Shown: positions 19,229 through 29,687 of the stretch, piece by piece
Layout of the letters: each line of letters begins with the position of its first letter
How positions within the stretch are numbered: position 1 is the first letter of the stretch
Assembly: GCA_044222185.1 (NCBI GenBank)
Contig: JBGANV010000001.1
Span: 256,001 to 320,000, forward strand
Origin: Planctomycetota bacterium
GTDB taxonomy: Bacteria > Planctomycetota > GCA-002687715 > CAIWVZ01
Direction of reading: 5' to 3'
DNA length: 64,000 bases
Translations under genes and position numbers: made by a program
The notes under the pieces: generated by a model
Told to the model about the DNA's origin: nothing
Database searches by the model: none
What the model saw: only the letters and a program-made list of their open reading frames with translations

Positions 19229-22039
19229 TCAGGCCTGGGGCGCTTGCGCGGCCGTCCCCGCCCGCGGCGCGAACAGGAAGCCCGCGGCATAGACCGCGGC
19301 GGCGACGACGAAGACTGCGGCGAAGCCCATCCCCATGGCGAGGATGACGGCCACCAGCGACGTGAACACGGACCAGAACCCGTTGATGGCCCAGGCCCAG
19401 GGAAGGAGGGCCGGCGACGTCGCTTCGACGGCGCGCACGCCCAGCGGAAGAGCCATCCCGAGGACGAACCCCACGGGCGCCACGAGCGCGATGGCGATGG
19501 CGACGCGCACCGGGAACGCGAGCCCGAGCATCCCGTTCAGGCCGAACGCCGCGACGGCTCCGGTCAAGAGGATCAGGCTCACGATCACCACGCCCGTCAT
19601 GATGATCGACCTGCGGGCGTCGCCACGGATCCGCGCGGAGGCGAGGGCGCCAAAGCCGCTGAACGCGAGCATCGCCGCGAGCACCACCGAGAGCGAGTAC
19701 GACGGGTGACCGAGGAACAGCGAGAGCTTCTGCATCAGCGCCACTTCGACGAGCATGAATCCCGCCCCGAGCGCCGCGAAGTAGGTGAACGTGCGACCCC
19801 GCTCCCGCAGCGGCACGCCCTGACGGCGCAGTCGTCGCAGCGGCGCCAGGATCATCACGAGGGCGAGCAGGCTGATCTGCCCCAGCGACGACAACAGCAC
19901 CATGTGGCCCACGGGGAAGTCCGGGTGATACCCCGCTTCGTTCGTCGTTCGGCTCGCCCACATGTCGCTGAAGCGCTTCATGCGGAAGTAGTCGAAGAAG
20001 AACGGCTTGTCGTCCGTGCTCGGCGTGAGGTCGTAGAAGTAGTCGGCGACGAACCGGTCGCGCTCGTCGGACGCGCCGCGGATGATCGTGGCGAAGTTCC
20101 TCTGCGCCGCTTGGAACCCTTCGCGGGAGCGGACTCCGTACTCGACGGCGTCGTCCCGTCCCTTCTTCAGCGCCGCGAGAACCGAGGCTCGGACCTCGTC
20201 CGCTGCGGGGATCGAGTTCGCGACGCCAGCGAGCGCCACATCCGAACCGGCACGATCACCGTCCAGGGCCTTCCACAGGCTCGATGCCACGGCGCTCGTG
20301 ATGGCCGGCGGCAGCGCGAGCGTTCCGACGGATCGGGCGTCGGCCACGTCTTGGAGCACCCTCTGCGCCATCACGTCGCTCCACGTGGCGGAGATACGTC
20401 CCGGGTCGAGGGGGCCGTCCCGGCCGCGCAACGGATCGAACACGAGGCCCATGAATCGCTCGTCGTCGACGAACTTGCGCATGGCGAGCACTTCGGGCTC
20501 CGTGAACGGCCCCTTTCGGATCATGGTCGATGCCCAGCCGAACCCCTGAAGGATGAGGATGTGGCGCCAGGGCTCGGCGACTCCCGACTGCGCGAGGGCC
20601 TCGCGGGCGATGTTCGCGAGGCGGATCGTCTCCCGCGGCCGCTTGGGGTAGTTCAGGATGAAACGCGAGTAGTTGAGGATGCCGTCCGGGTTCAGGTGCG
20701 CGTAGAAGTCCTTCACCGCCTCGACGGTGTAGAGGTAGCTCTCGCTCAACGTGTACGCACCGCTGTTCAGCGCCGTGTAGCTGTCGACGCCGCTGAGCTG
20801 GATGAGGTCGAAGGACTTCTCCGAGCGACGCAGGAAGGATCGACCCTCGGCTTCGATGAGTTCGACCTTGGGGTTGGAGAAGAGGTTCCCGAGGTACCCG
20901 GCGAAGTCCCGCGTGACCATGCGGATCATCGCCGGGTTGATGTCGACGGCCGTCACGTTCTTCGCGCCGTGGAACAGTGCCGCCATCACGTCGACACCGC
21001 CGCCCGTGCCGATGACCATCACCTCGGGTGTCGTGAGTCCGCGCGCTTTCAGCGAGAGGTATCCGCTGACGGCCTGCGTGTCGTCCAGCGCATCGAAGCG
21101 CTTCACGTCGGCGGCGTTCTCGTAGAGGCAAGTCGGTGCCGTGCCGTCCTGCGTGACCGCGCGCATGGGCACCGCGCCGCGCCCCAGGTCGCCGAAGTCG
21201 CCGCCGATCATCATGGCGCCGTCGTAGGGTCGCGAGACGTCGACTTGCGCGATCGCGCTGGGGATCGTCGCATCCGCGGTCTGGCCGGGGAAGAACGACA
21301 GTGCGTCCTTCTGGAGACCGAAGGGAACGCGGATCTCGATCTTGGGGATCCCACCGCCTCCGCCGCAGACGCCGACCAGGAGGAGGGCCAGCACGATCGC
21401 CGGGATCGCGTGCACGACGAACCGTCGCCGGCCCGTCGCCGCCGCGTAGGCCGCACCACCCAGCGCGGCGAGCGCGGCTGCGGCGACGATCGTCGCCGGG
21501 GCACCGATCCGGTTGAGGAGCGTGGGTGCGATGGCGGCGCCGATCGCCGATCCGACCAGGTCGGCGAAATACAGGCGATTCACGGCGGCGGGATGTCGCA
21601 CGAGCGTCGTGCCCACGGTCACCCCTGCGAGCAGGAGCGGGATCGCGAGGACGGCGTAGCACGAAAAGAGTTTCAGGAAGTGGCTGACGTCCGTCCAGAC
21701 GGCGAGCGAGTCGATCTGGAGTCGTACGACGAGGAACAACGCGAGGACGGTCGTGATGGCGTAGGTCGTGGCGGACGCGGAGGCGATCGCCGCCGTGGAC
21801 GCCGCACGCTCACGAATGCGTACGGCCGTGAGGATGCTCCCGGACGCACCGAACCCGAGAAGCGCCAACGAGATCACCATGTAGGCAAAGTGATGCCACA
21901 TGAGGATCGCGAAGACGCGCGTGACGGCCACCTCGAGCAGGAGGACGGACATCGCCGTGAGAAGCATCCCCGCGTAGAGGGCCCGCCCCGGCGGAGTCTC
22001 GGCGATCGTCGGCTGCGATGGCGGCGTGGCAGTCGTCAT
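19229..22039 (-). CDS. Membrane-fused spermidine-synthase-like SAM-dependent transferase
   Basis: Multi-TM N-terminus (YMVISLALLGFGASG; LYFADLVGSAIG); VIGTGGGVDV, VDINP, EGRSFL, FDLIQ, LSESYLYTVEA, PSTDDKPFF; multi-TM C-terminus (WAWAING). Confidence 0.8.
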   Translation of the reverse strand: MTTATPPSQPTIAETPPGRALYAGMLLTAMSVLLLEVAVTRVFAILMWHHFAYMVISLALLGFGASGSILTAVRIRERAASTAAIASASATTYAITTVLALFLVVRLQIDSLAVWTDVSHFLKLFSCYAVLAIPLLLAGVTVGTTLVRHPAAVNRLYFADLVGSAIGAAIAPTLLNRIGAPATIVAAAALAALGGAAYAAATGRRRFVVHAIPAIVLALLLVGVCGGGGGIPKIEIRVPFGLQKDALSFFPGQTADATIPSAIAQVDVSRPYDGAMMIGGDFGDLGRGAVPMRAVTQDGTAPTCLYENAADVKRFDALDDTQAVSGYLSLKARGLTTPEVMVIGTGGGVDVMAALFHGAKNVTAVDINPAMIRMVTRDFAGYLGNLFSNPKVELIEAEGRSFLRRSEKSFDLIQLSGVDSYTALNSGAYTLSESYLYTVEAVKDFYAHLNPDGILNYSRFILNYPKRPRETIRLANIAREALAQSGVAEPWRHILILQGFGWASTMIRKGPFTEPEVLAMRKFVDDERFMGLVFDPLRGRDGPLDPGRISATWSDVMAQRVLQDVADARSVGTLALPPAITSAVASSLWKALDGDRAGSDVALAGVANSIPAADEVRASVLAALKKGRDDAVEYGVRSREGFQAAQRNFATIIRGASDERDRFVADYFYDLTPSTDDKPFFFDYFRMKRFSDMWASRTTNEAGYHPDFPVGHMVLLSSLGQISLLALVMILAPLRRLRRQGVPLRERGRTFTYFAALGAGFMLVEVALMQKLSLFLGHPSYSLSVVLAAMLAFSGFGALASARIRGDARRSIIMTGVVIVSLILLTGAVAAFGLNGMLGLAFPVRVAIAIALVAPVGFVLGMALPLGVRAVEATSPALLPWAWAINGFWSVFTSLVAVILAMGMGFAAVFVVAAAVYAAGFLFAPRAGTAAQAPQA

Positions 22040-22875
22040 GGGGCGCCGATCGCACGGCGAATCCGGAGCACCTGCTCGAGAAGCGGGCGCAGGTCGGTGA
22101 GAGCAAGCGCGTTCGCTGCGTCGGAGCGGGCGATCGCCGGGTCCTCGTGGACCTCGAAGAAGAGGCCGTCGACGCCCACGGCGGCGGCCGCGCGCGCGAG
22201 GTACGGGACCATCGTCCGGTCGCCGCCGGTCTTGTCGCCGAGGCCGCCCGGCTGTTGGACCGAGTGGGTCGCGTCGAAGACGACCGGAACGCCGATGCCG
22301 CGCATGATCGGCAACGCCCGGAAGTCGTTCACGAGCGTGTTGTATCCGAACGAAACGCCGCGCTCGGTGATCGTCATGCGGTCATTGCCCGATTCACGGA
22401 CCTTCTCGATCAACGGCTTGATGTCCCACGGTGCGAGGAATTGTCCCTTCTTCACGTTCACGATCCGCCCCGTCTTCGCTGCAGCGACCAGCAGATCCGT
22501 CTGTCGGCACAGGAACGCAGGGATCTGGATGATGTCGGCGACTTCCGACACCGGAATGCACTGATCGGGGTCGTGGACGTCCGTGAGGATCGGGAGTCCC
22601 AGGTTCCTCTTCACCGACGCGAGGATCCTCAATCCCTCCTTGATCCCCGGGCCGCGATAGCTCTTCAGCGACGATCGATTCGCCTTGTCGAACGAGCACT
22701 TGAAGACGAAGGTGACCGGCAGGTCGGCCAGCTCCTTCCTCAGCGCTTCGGCGTGGCGCAGCGTGACGACCTCGGGCTCGACGATGCAGAGCCCGGCGAT
22801 CACCAGGAGGGGGTGACCGGGGCCAATGGAAATCCGGCCGTCCGTTACGGGTTTGGGCTGTACTTCGGAACTCAT
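22036..22875 (-). CDS. kdsA: KDO 8-phosphate synthase
   Basis: IAGLC, FKCSFDKANRSS, QIPAFLCRQTDL, KKGQFLAP, ERGVSFGYN, FDATHSVQQPGG. Confidence 0.97.
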   Translation of the reverse strand: MSSEVQPKPVTDGRISIGPGHPLLVIAGLCIVEPEVVTLRHAEALRKELADLPVTFVFKCSFDKANRSSLKSYRGPGIKEGLRILASVKRNLGLPILTDVHDPDQCIPVSEVADIIQIPAFLCRQTDLLVAAAKTGRIVNVKKGQFLAPWDIKPLIEKVRESGNDRMTITERGVSFGYNTLVNDFRALPIMRGIGVPVVFDATHSVQQPGGLGDKTGGDRTMVPYLARAAAAVGVDGLFFEVHEDPAIARSDAANALALTDLRPLLEQVLRIRRAIGAP

Positions 22876-23795
22876 GCGTGCGCTCCGTTCGCTGCGATGG
22901 CCGGCGGTCGGATCACGCGCGCCGCGGCGGGCAGGATGGTGATCGTGGCTGGAAGGAATCCGTAATCGTCGCCATCGGCCTGCATGGGAACGGGACCCTG
23001 ATCCTGTGACTCGATGCGGATCACGCGTCCCGATCCGTAGACCGCGTGGGTCGCGCCCATCTCGCGTCTCGTCGCGGCGGCGATGAACGATTGGAGCAGT
23101 GCGAACTTCCCCGGGCGGCGGTAGGCGACCCAGTGGAGCAGTCCGTCGTCGATGCGCGCCTGTGGCACGGCGGCGAAGAACCCGCCGTAGTTGCGCGTGT
23201 TGGCGATGATGGCGCCGAAGACGGGCCCGTCGACGCGTACTCCGTCCACCGTGAGGGCGAGGGGCGTCGATCGATAGCGCGACAGCGCACGCAGCGACGG
23301 CCGAACGTAGGTGAGCTTGGAGATCGGCCCACGCCGCGCCTCGGCAATCGCGTGAACGATGGCGCCGTCGAACCCGACCCCGAGCATGGCGAGGAATCTC
23401 CGATCGTTGATGCGGCCCACGTCGATCGGCCGTGCGTCGCCCGAGAGAATCAACTCGGCGGCCCGTCGAGCCGCCAGCGGAATCCTCAGGTCGCGCGCGA
23501 CGACGTTCGCCGTTCCGACCGGCACCAACCCCACGGGGATGTTCGCAGTGAGGCCCGTCACGACCTCGTTGAGCGTCCCGTCGCCGCCGACCGCGACGAC
23601 CAACGAGCTCGACGGATCGAGTCGCGACGCGATCGCGCGACCCTCGCCCGCCGAAGTCGTCACGTGACGCACGACGGAAACGCCGGCTGCTCGGAGCAAA
23701 CGCTCGGCGACGTCGGCCGCGCGCAGCGACGCACCCTGGCCGGATATGGGGTTGATGATGAAGTCCGCGCGCTTCAAGGCCGGGCAGGGTATCAA
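22872..23795 (-). CDS. DAGK/YegS-family lipid kinase
   Basis: NPISG, VGGDGTLNEV, PVGTANVVA, DVG, GVGFDG, NTRNYGG, QADGD; TTG start uncertain (23795 or 23777). Confidence 0.88.
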   Translation of the reverse strand: MIPCPALKRADFIINPISGQGASLRAADVAERLLRAAGVSVVRHVTTSAGEGRAIASRLDPSSSLVVAVGGDGTLNEVVTGLTANIPVGLVPVGTANVVARDLRIPLAARRAAELILSGDARPIDVGRINDRRFLAMLGVGFDGAIVHAIAEARRGPISKLTYVRPSLRALSRYRSTPLALTVDGVRVDGPVFGAIIANTRNYGGFFAAVPQARIDDGLLHWVAYRRPGKFALLQSFIAAATRREMGATHAVYGSGRVIRIESQDQGPVPMQADGDDYGFLPATITILPAAARVIRPPAIAANGAHA

Positions 23796-23817
23796 AGGCG
23801 CTGCGCGGCGGGCACGT

Positions 23818-24270
23818 TCACCCGGCGGGGCACCCAGGCGCGATGAGCTTGGTGAGGCCGAACTGCGGATAGGGGATTCGCTCCATCCGGCCCGTCCGGA
23901 TGATCGTCACCTCCAGGATGATCGACGCGACGGCGCGGAATACGTGCCCGCCGAACGCGGCGAAATCCCGGCCCGTGAAGAGGCCATGCGCATGCAGGAA
24001 GGGCTTGCCGTCCTTCATCGACAGGTTCCCGGAAAGGGCGACGACTTCGACCCGCTCGAGCACTCGCCGGCGCATGTAGACGTTCTCGGGCAGGCTGAAG
24101 TACCCCAGCTCCATGTCGTCCACGGCCCCGATCGCCGAGACGACGCCGCCCTCGATCCCGTGTTTCGCGGCCGCGTCGATGACCGAGGCGTGAAGCTCGT
24201 CGCCAGGTGACAGGGTGACGAGCGTCGCCTTCGTGCCCCCAGCCGGATGATCGATGTCTGCGGTGTCCAT
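23818..24270 (-). CDS. PPC/DUF296 domain protein
   Basis: SAIGAV...EVVALSGN...FLHAH...FGGHV...LEV. Confidence 0.85.
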   Translation of the reverse strand: MDTADIDHPAGGTKATLVTLSPGDELHASVIDAAAKHGIEGGVVSAIGAVDDMELGYFSLPENVYMRRRVLERVEVVALSGNLSMKDGKPFLHAHGLFTGRDFAAFGGHVFRAVASIILEVTIIRTGRMERIPYPQFGLTKLIAPGCPAG

Positions 24271-24399
24271 GGCGGGCGTTTTAGACGGTCACTCGGCTCG
24301 AATCAGCGCGCGCACGCGGAATCGCGTGCCGTTGCCCGTGGGCGACCGCCGTGGAATCATGGCCGCTCGCCGATTTTGGCCGAGATTCCGAGGCGCGAC

Positions 24400-27048
24400 A
24401 TGACCGAGCTCTCCACCCGCTACACGCCCAACGAGGTCGAGGACCGCTGGTACAAGACCTGGTCCGACGAGAAGTGCTTCAAGCCCGAAGCCGTAGACGG
24501 TGCGACGAAGTCCCACGTCATCGTCATCCCTCCGCCGAACGTCACGGGCGCGCTGCACATGGGGCACGCGCTCAACAACACGCTCCAGGACATCCTGACG
24601 CGCTTCCGCCGCATGCAGGGGTTGGCGGCGCTCTACCTTCCCGGCACGGACCACGCGGGCATCGCCACCCAGAACAGGGTGGAGAAAGCCATCGAGAAGG
24701 AAGGCAAGACGCGGGATCAGCTCGGGCGCGACGCCTTCATCGAACGCGTGTGGGCGTGGAAGGAGCAGTACGGCGGCCGGATCATCGGCCAGTTGAAGAA
24801 GCTCGGCTGCTCGTGCGACTGGGACCGCGAGCGCTTCACCATGGACGAGGGCCTGTCGAAGGCCGTCGCCCACAGCTTCGTGGCGCTGCACGAGAAGGGG
24901 CTGATCTACCAGGGCGAGCGGCTCATCAACTGGTGTCCGCGGTGCCTCACGGCGTTGTCGGACGAGGAGGCGGAGGCGAATCCCGAGAACGGCTCGTTCT
25001 TCCACCTGCGTTATCCCGTCGAAGGCGAGCCCGGTCGCTACGTGGTCGTGGCGACGACGCGCCCCGAAACGATGTTCGGCGACACGGCCGTCGCCGTGCA
25101 CCCCGACGACGAGCGCTACCGCGGCCTCATCGGCAAGCGACTCATCCTGCCGATCGCCGACCGGCCCATTCCCGTGATTGCCGACCACCACGCCGACCCG
25201 ACCAAGGGCTCGGGCGCGGTGAAGATCACGCCGGCGCACGACTTCAACGACTTCGAGGTGGGCAACCGCCATGGCTTGCCGCGCGTGCGCGCCATGGACG
25301 AGCACGGTCGGATGACGGAGGCGGCGGCGCCGTTTACCGGTCTCGATCGTTTCGAGGCGCGCAAGAAGCTCGTCGCGCTCCTCACGGAACGCGGCCTCCT
25401 CGATCGCGTGGAGGACAAGGAGATCCCGCTCCCGCGCTGCTACCGCTGCACGACGGTGGTGGAACCGCGCCTTTCGAAGCAGTGGTTCGTGAAGATGCGT
25501 CCGCTGCTCGAGCCCGCGGCGGAAGCCGTGCGCGACGGCCGCATCCGCTTCGTGCCCGAGCGCTACGCGCGGACGTACTTCGACTGGGTCGAGCAGTACC
25601 GCGATTGGTGCATCAGCCGCCAGATCTGGTGGGGGCATCGGATCCCTGCGTACACCAACGGGCAGGGGAAGACCGTGGTCTCGCTCACGCCACCCAAGGC
25701 CGCGCCAGGGGAGACGTGGACGCAGGACCCGGACGTGCTCGACACGTGGTTCTCGTCCCAGCTCTGGCCATTCAGCACGCTCGGGTGGCCGGACGCGACG
25801 CCGGACCTCGCGCGGTTCTATCCCACGGACGTCCTCGTGACGGCACGGGACATCATCTACTTCTGGGTGGCGCGCATGGTGATGTGCGGCCTGGAATTCA
25901 TGGGGAAGGCTCCGTTCCACACGGTGTACATCACGGGCACCGTGCTCGACGACCAGGGCCGCCGCATGAGCAAGTCGCTCGGCAACGGCATCGATCCGGT
26001 CGAGATGATCGACAAGTACGGCGCGGACGCCGTGCGCTTCTCGCTGGTCACGCTCGCGACCGAGGGGCAGGACATCAAGCTTGCCGAGAGCCGGTTCGAG
26101 GGCGGCCGCAACTTCGTCAACAAGCTGTGGAATGCGTCGCGCTTCGTGATGATGACGACGCAGGACTGCGCTGGCGGCGAGCCGAAGGGCCCGCTCGCTC
26201 CCGAAGACCGTTGGGTGCGCAGCCGCGCGAACGCCGCGATCCGCGAGGTGACCGAGCAACTGGACAAGCTCCGGTTCGCGGATGCCGGCCGCACGCTCTA
26301 CGAGTTCACGTGGAACGTCTTCTGCGACTGGTACCTCGAGCTGACCAAGTCGCGCATGCAGGATCAGTCGCCGGAGGGTGCTGCAAGCCGCGGCACGGCG
26401 CAGGCGATCCTGATCCAGACGCTGGACGTGATCCTACGGCTGCTCCACCCCATCGCGCCGTTCGCGACGGAGGAGATCCGCAGCCACCTCCTCGCGAAAC
26501 TGCCCGGCGCGCGCAACCGTTTGATCCTCGAGCATTGGCCCGTGGCCAATCCCGCGTGGGACGATCCGGCCGCCGAGCGCGAGATCGACGTGCTCGTCGC
26601 CATCGTGAAGACGGCACGCGTCGTCCGCGAGGAGCTGAAGCTCGAGAAGCGCAAGCCGCTGAAGCTGCTCGTGAACGTCCGCGATGCGTCCGCCATCCGC
26701 GTGATCGACGCCGTGCGCGACCGCTGCGTCGCCATGGGCATCCTGGAGGAACTGCGCGTGGGCGTCGGCATGGACAAGCCCAAGGGCGCCGTCACGAAGC
26801 TTGCGCTCGATCTCGAGATCTACATCCCCATGGAAGGTCTCGTGGACGTGGAGGCCGAGCGCGCGCGGCTGAAGAAGCAGCTCGAGGAGGCCGAAGGCTT
26901 CGCCGAAGGCAAGCGGAAGAAGCTCGGCAATCAGGACTTCGTGGCGCGGGCGAAGCCCGAGGTCGTGGATCGCGAGCGGGCGCAGCTCGCCGAGCTGGAA
27001 GAGAAGGCGGCGCGCCTCAAGCAGAGTCTGATCGACCTGGGCGGATGA
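24400..27048 (+). CDS. valS: Valine--tRNA ligase
   Basis: PPPNVTGALHMGHA (HIGH), ATTRPETM, DWCISRQIWWGH, RMSKS (KMSKS), C-terminal coiled coil. Confidence 0.97.
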   Translation: MTELSTRYTPNEVEDRWYKTWSDEKCFKPEAVDGATKSHVIVIPPPNVTGALHMGHALNNTLQDILTRFRRMQGLAALYLPGTDHAGIATQNRVEKAIEKEGKTRDQLGRDAFIERVWAWKEQYGGRIIGQLKKLGCSCDWDRERFTMDEGLSKAVAHSFVALHEKGLIYQGERLINWCPRCLTALSDEEAEANPENGSFFHLRYPVEGEPGRYVVVATTRPETMFGDTAVAVHPDDERYRGLIGKRLILPIADRPIPVIADHHADPTKGSGAVKITPAHDFNDFEVGNRHGLPRVRAMDEHGRMTEAAAPFTGLDRFEARKKLVALLTERGLLDRVEDKEIPLPRCYRCTTVVEPRLSKQWFVKMRPLLEPAAEAVRDGRIRFVPERYARTYFDWVEQYRDWCISRQIWWGHRIPAYTNGQGKTVVSLTPPKAAPGETWTQDPDVLDTWFSSQLWPFSTLGWPDATPDLARFYPTDVLVTARDIIYFWVARMVMCGLEFMGKAPFHTVYITGTVLDDQGRRMSKSLGNGIDPVEMIDKYGADAVRFSLVTLATEGQDIKLAESRFEGGRNFVNKLWNASRFVMMTTQDCAGGEPKGPLAPEDRWVRSRANAAIREVTEQLDKLRFADAGRTLYEFTWNVFCDWYLELTKSRMQDQSPEGAASRGTAQAILIQTLDVILRLLHPIAPFATEEIRSHLLAKLPGARNRLILEHWPVANPAWDDPAAEREIDVLVAIVKTARVVREELKLEKRKPLKLLVNVRDASAIRVIDAVRDRCVAMGILEELRVGVGMDKPKGAVTKLALDLEIYIPMEGLVDVEAERARLKKQLEEAEGFAEGKRKKLGNQDFVARAKPEVVDRERAQLAELEEKAARLKQSLIDLGG

Positions 27049-27087
27049 GCGCGCGCCGGGTCGACGAACCCGGCGCTGCGATCGAGG

Positions 27088-29250
27088 TCACTTGAAACCG
27101 GCCAGGCTGTTCGGCGCGCCTTCGAGGCGGAACTCGACGAAGTAGCGCGCTTCCTTCCGGTCGCGGACCTGGAAGCTCATGAGGCACACGAGGGTCGAGC
27201 CCTTCTCGACGGAGACCTTCGTCGCCTCCGACGACTTGGGAACTACGACGGGGTTGACGTTCGGGACGGGGATCAGCGCTCCTGAGGTCGCCTTCAGGTA
27301 GAGCCCCTCCTGGGCCTGGATCTTCTCCTTGCCCTGCATGATCGTGTGGCCCGTGGACCACATGACGCAGTAGCTGCCCTTCGGAACGGCGCCGTTCATC
27401 AGATCAACTTCCGTCGCGAGGAAGCCCAGCAGGATCGGGCTCTTCTGATCCCGTGCGAGCGTCTTCATGCGCGCGGCATCCACGAATTCCTTCGTGTCGC
27501 GAATCGCAAGCGCGATGTTCTTGGCGCGGGCCGGGAGCTGTTTCTCGGCGTCCCATCCGCCGGTCATCACACCGCCGAGCTTCGACGCATCGTCCATGGC
27601 GATGCGCGGCATGTCCTTCTCGTCCTTCAGCGGCGGGCCGCTGTCCTTCATGCGCGCCGCGATGAGGTTTCCGCCGGCGATGCGCTCGAGGTAATCGCGG
27701 CCCTTCGCCTTGGACGCCGCCACGCGGAATCCGACGAGCTCGGCTGAATCCTTGACGCGCGCCGTGCGCCATGCGGAGGTCACGCAAAGGTCCGGGTGAA
27801 GCGCACCGCCACCGCGCAGTGTGAGCAGGCCCGAGCTGAACTCGGGTTGGGCGGCGCCCTTCGTGGGGCACTTGTCGGGGCTGTAGCCCGGATAGGCCTC
27901 GAACTGGCTCGACGTCATCTCGAGGGCGTTGCCGGCCATGTCGTTGATGCCGAGTGCCGACTTCCCGCCTGGGAACGACCCAACGGGGAGGAGCTTGTTC
28001 TTGCCTTGCCGGTTCGGGTGGGCGGCCGCGCTCTGGTTGTTGCACACGGGCTTGCCGCGATCGTAGTCGTCACCCCACGGGAAGATGTGGTTCGCCTTGT
28101 CGTTCGCGCCCTTGGCCCGGGCCGCCGCTTCCCACTCGAACTCGGTCGGCGGGCGGACGCCGCACCACTCACAGAAGGCGACCATGTCCTCGTAGGTGAC
28201 CCACGTCACCGGGTAGTCCTCCGTGCCCGGAGCCGGGACGCGCTCGCCCGAGGCGGCGGTCGGAGCCGCCGCGGCCTGCTGTTCCGTGGGGCCTGGGCCG
28301 GGACCCGCCGGAGCGGTGCCCACGGAGGCGGGTGCGCCGCCCTTCGGCGCACCTGCGCCATCGACGGGCACCCAGTGCTTGGGCGCCGCATGGCCCGTGT
28401 CCTTCACGAATTCGAGGTACGCGCGGTTCGTCACCTCGTTGATGCCGATGTAGAAGTCGTCGATCTGTACCTCGCGTGCCGGCCACCCGATGCCGGCCTG
28501 GAAGTTCAGCCCCTGGTCGCCCGAGTAGGAGAGCAGCTTGCGGAGTGCCGTCTGCTCGTCGGTGTCCATCCCGATGCGGACCTTGCCACCGGGTACGAAG
28601 ACCATTCCCGGGGGAGCGCCGAGGGCTCGGGCCTTCGCCGTCGCCGCGAGGTCGTCCATCCGGCGTTTCAGCGCGGCCATCTCGTCCTGGACCTCGGTGA
28701 GTTTCTTCTCGAAGGTCGGGGCCATCTTCTTGTAGGCCTCGTCGAAGTTCTTCGTCTCGAAGACCTCACCCAGCGTTTCACCGACGACGGCCCCGTAGTT
28801 CACGGGCGCGTCGCTCCTCAAAGCGTCGAGGAGTGCCGCCGACATGGGGACTTCGAGGACGAGCGAGAGGTTGCGCCCGATGGTCGTGGCGATCGCTTCG
28901 CGGACCTCGGTCTGGACCGTGGTGTAGACCTGAGGCTTGGCGCCGGGCTTGCCCCCGGCTGCAGCGGCCATCTTGGCGGCTTCCTGGACCTGAGTTCTGT
29001 ACTTCGTCCCGGTCTCCTCGAGCTTCTTCGCGAGGCTGCCCTTCGTGTCGGCGTTGCCAGCGTTCTTGAACTCGACGGCGACCGCTTCCTTCTTCTTGTT
29101 GGCGCGATCCTGCTCTTCCTTGATCCGGGCTTCGACCTTCTTCATCTCGGCCTGGATCTTGGCGCCCTCGTCCTGACCCGATGCGAGCGTCGAGCACGTC
29201 AGGATGAGGATCAGCAGGGCAAGCGTATGGCGCGGGCGCGCATCGAGCAT
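27088..29250 (-). CDS. Exported SUMF1/FGE-sulfatase-domain protein with N-terminal coiled coil
   Basis: Signal peptide (LALLILILTCSTLASG|Q); GMVFVPGG, EVTN, PVTWVTYED, PTEFEWEAAAR, FPWGD, DMAGNALE, GFRVA. Start could be 29280. Confidence 0.82.
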   Translation of the reverse strand: MLDARPRHTLALLILILTCSTLASGQDEGAKIQAEMKKVEARIKEEQDRANKKKEAVAVEFKNAGNADTKGSLAKKLEETGTKYRTQVQEAAKMAAAAGGKPGAKPQVYTTVQTEVREAIATTIGRNLSLVLEVPMSAALLDALRSDAPVNYGAVVGETLGEVFETKNFDEAYKKMAPTFEKKLTEVQDEMAALKRRMDDLAATAKARALGAPPGMVFVPGGKVRIGMDTDEQTALRKLLSYSGDQGLNFQAGIGWPAREVQIDDFYIGINEVTNRAYLEFVKDTGHAAPKHWVPVDGAGAPKGGAPASVGTAPAGPGPGPTEQQAAAAPTAASGERVPAPGTEDYPVTWVTYEDMVAFCEWCGVRPPTEFEWEAAARAKGANDKANHIFPWGDDYDRGKPVCNNQSAAAHPNRQGKNKLLPVGSFPGGKSALGINDMAGNALEMTSSQFEAYPGYSPDKCPTKGAAQPEFSSGLLTLRGGGALHPDLCVTSAWRTARVKDSAELVGFRVAASKAKGRDYLERIAGGNLIAARMKDSGPPLKDEKDMPRIAMDDASKLGGVMTGGWDAEKQLPARAKNIALAIRDTKEFVDAARMKTLARDQKSPILLGFLATEVDLMNGAVPKGSYCVMWSTGHTIMQGKEKIQAQEGLYLKATSGALIPVPNVNPVVVPKSSEATKVSVEKGSTLVCLMSFQVRDRKEARYFVEFRLEGAPNSLAGFK

Positions 29251-29687
29251 GGGAGTTCGCTCCGGCGAAGGGTGATTCATTCCGTCATCGGCGGACCGTG
29301 CGGGTCGGTGGCCGGGCCGAATGCCGAGCCGAACCGGACCGTCGATCCGCGGGCTGCACCTTGGTTTCGCACCACGCCACGATGCCCGGACGCCGACCAC
29401 CGAGCGCGTTCGCTCGTGATTGGCCATCGGGGTGGGAAAGTGCCATGTCGGGAAGTCAGGGCTCAGAGTGTTTGGGAACCGACATGGGGGCCGAGGAGTG
29501 GCTCCATCCTTGGCACGAGGTGTTGGCGCAGAGTCTACGGGCGCCGACCCTGGAAGCAAGCGCTCCGCGGCACCCGCGAAGCCCCGCTTCACCCCGGTCT
29601 CCTGACGCCCGGACCGTCCATGGAGGGACGGACGGCCTGGGCTCCCCGAGGTGACAGCGGACCCGCGGAGACGGTCTCAGCGCCCGT

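Noticed and set aside
19244-22564. 1106 aa + strand ORF
   Set aside because: Antisense shadow of the SAM transferase and kdsA; Arg/His-rich with no motifs, typical of high-GC DNA
24289-27095. 914 aa (+) and 656 aa (-) ORFs overlapping valS
   Set aside because: Alternative-frame and antisense shadows of valS
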